Source: Antechinus flavipes (Eukaryota). From it: DNA of 64,000 bases. The DNA is taken from the NCBI RefSeq assembly GCF_016432865.1, contig NC_067400.1, positions 77,314,001 to 77,378,000 on the forward strand, given 5' to 3'. The notes below the pieces were generated by a model. That model ran no database searches. It saw only the letters and a list, made by a program, of their open reading frames with translations, and had not been told where the DNA came from. Numbering within the stretch: position 1 is the first letter of the stretch; each line of letters opens with the position of its first letter. A program made the position numbers and the translations under genes. Shown one piece after another: positions 62,886 through 64,000 of the stretch.

Positions 62886-64000
62886 TCTGCTTAATTAACT
62901 TGACATTAATTTATAAAAATCTTTCAAAGTTTTTCTGAATCCTTCATTTTGTTATTATGGGGCATTGATATTTCATTGCATTTTTTATACCACAATTTAT
63001 TCAGCTGTCCCACTATTTTTGTCTTTTATTATCTTTGCCAATTTTCCAGCACTTTTTCTATGATCTTTTCATAAAGATATACTGTTCACGCTGAAGGAAC
63101 TATTTTGGCCTTGTGCTGTGTTCATTTTTCTTGGTGTCTTTGAAGTGATCATATCCATCATTTTGGGAGTTTCTCTGTTTTGGATGTCTCTCAAGATGGT
63201 GGATAGAGAAACAGAATGATTTGGGGAAGGGAGGAGAGAAAGTAGAGCAACTGTTAACATTTACCTTGATGACTTGGAACTAATACTAACAAGTACTGAT
63301 AAGTAGGTAAAATCTAATCTTTCCTTTCATGGAAGAAAGTATGTTAATACAGAAAGACCTAATATTATATGGCAGAGTCATCTTTGCATTTTGCCAAGAC
63401 AAAGTTGAGCAGACACTGGACTGGAAATTATAAACTTTGAGTTACAGTCTAGGTAGGCAAGTATGTTTTAAATTAACAATAAGTACATCTATACTTGGGT
63501 GCTTCTGAATGCCCCAGACATTCTTTCCAGTTGAAACATTTGTTTCACCAGCAAATATTTCCAAAGTGGGTAGAAGCATTTCTTGTATTTTAATTGTTCA
63601 TGCTGAAATGAGCATCTGTTTAGAGCTTTCAAACACTTCTATATAGTGGAAGTGGGTGGTTAGGTGGAATTGGTCCACAAATCTTGGCCCTTTAGGACAA
63701 TTTGCAGCATCATCTTTTTAAAGACAAACTTGCATTAAGTCTTTCTCATTTGTCCTTTTTCCTACAGTTGGCTTGTTAGTATATATCAGGCTTACATAAT
63801 CCGAAGCAAGTCATTCAGTTAACTAAGATTTTGATTTCCATTAACTAGTTATTAAAAATAGAATAGACTGTAGCTTGTTGTTTTTTTTTTTTCTTCTTCT
63901 AGCTAATACTGGTGATCTAAATATTTTATTATTAGATTTTAGACTTTAAGAGAGCCTTAAAAGTCAAGAGCCTAGACTTAAATCTGGAAGGGACTTTAAA

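Larger units (their letters stand above)
39713..64000 (+). other. KLF7: KLF7 intron 2 (partial; exons with fingers 2-3 lie downstream)
   Basis: No EKPYKCSWEGC exon found in the ORF track or by eye. Confidence 0.8.

Noticed and set aside
39713-64000. Orthologues of human intronic MIR2355 and KLF7-IT1
   Set aside because: No match to the recalled miR-2355 mature sequences was seen by eye, and the lncRNA cannot be identified without alignment. A BLASTN would settle it.
1-64000. tRNA, rRNA, snRNA, CRISPR array, NUMT or processed pseudogene
   Set aside because: None recognised. The tRNA-like A/B boxes belong to SINE heads, and the DNA is eukaryotic intronic sequence.

Overview
This window is marsupial genomic DNA from a short-read assembly with six N-gaps. 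WSINE1/MAR1/Mar3 SINEs plus an OC1-type MITE suggest an Australian marsupial, probably a dasyurid (inference). It lies entirely inside the KLF7 gene on the + strand. The only supportable coding sequence is the large internal exon 2 (39085-39712, 628 nt, phase 0 to phase 1). It encodes TCLELERY...HQRTHT(G): the end of the acidic domain, the hydrophobic and Ser-rich regions, the basic NLS and zinc finger 1. Exon 1 and exons 3-4 are outside the window. The rest is intron 1 (>39 kb) and intron 2 (>24 kb), filled with old L2, L3/CR1, MIR, RTE and L1 fragments, marsupial SINEs, hAT MITEs and microsatellites. The best leads are: (1) a promoter-like island about 9.8 kb upstream of exon 2 containing ATG-TTC-CCC-CTT-GTC-TAA|GT, which resembles the human alternative first exon (MFPSWP, recalled from memory) but closes with a stop codon exactly at the putative donor; (2) two in-frame Met codons in exon 2 where human has Val/Leu, which could allow N-truncated KLF7; (3) a higher-order tandem amplification of an L3/CR1 3' end about 200 nt after the weak exon 2 donor; (4) an OC1-family MITE from a horizontally transferred lineage; (5) a near-perfect 108-bp tandem duplication; and (6) several repeat-free, CpG-retaining candidate enhancers. 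I found no evidence of a novel multi-gene system. All conservation statements are untested because no alignments could be run, and repeat family names come from recalled consensus sequences.
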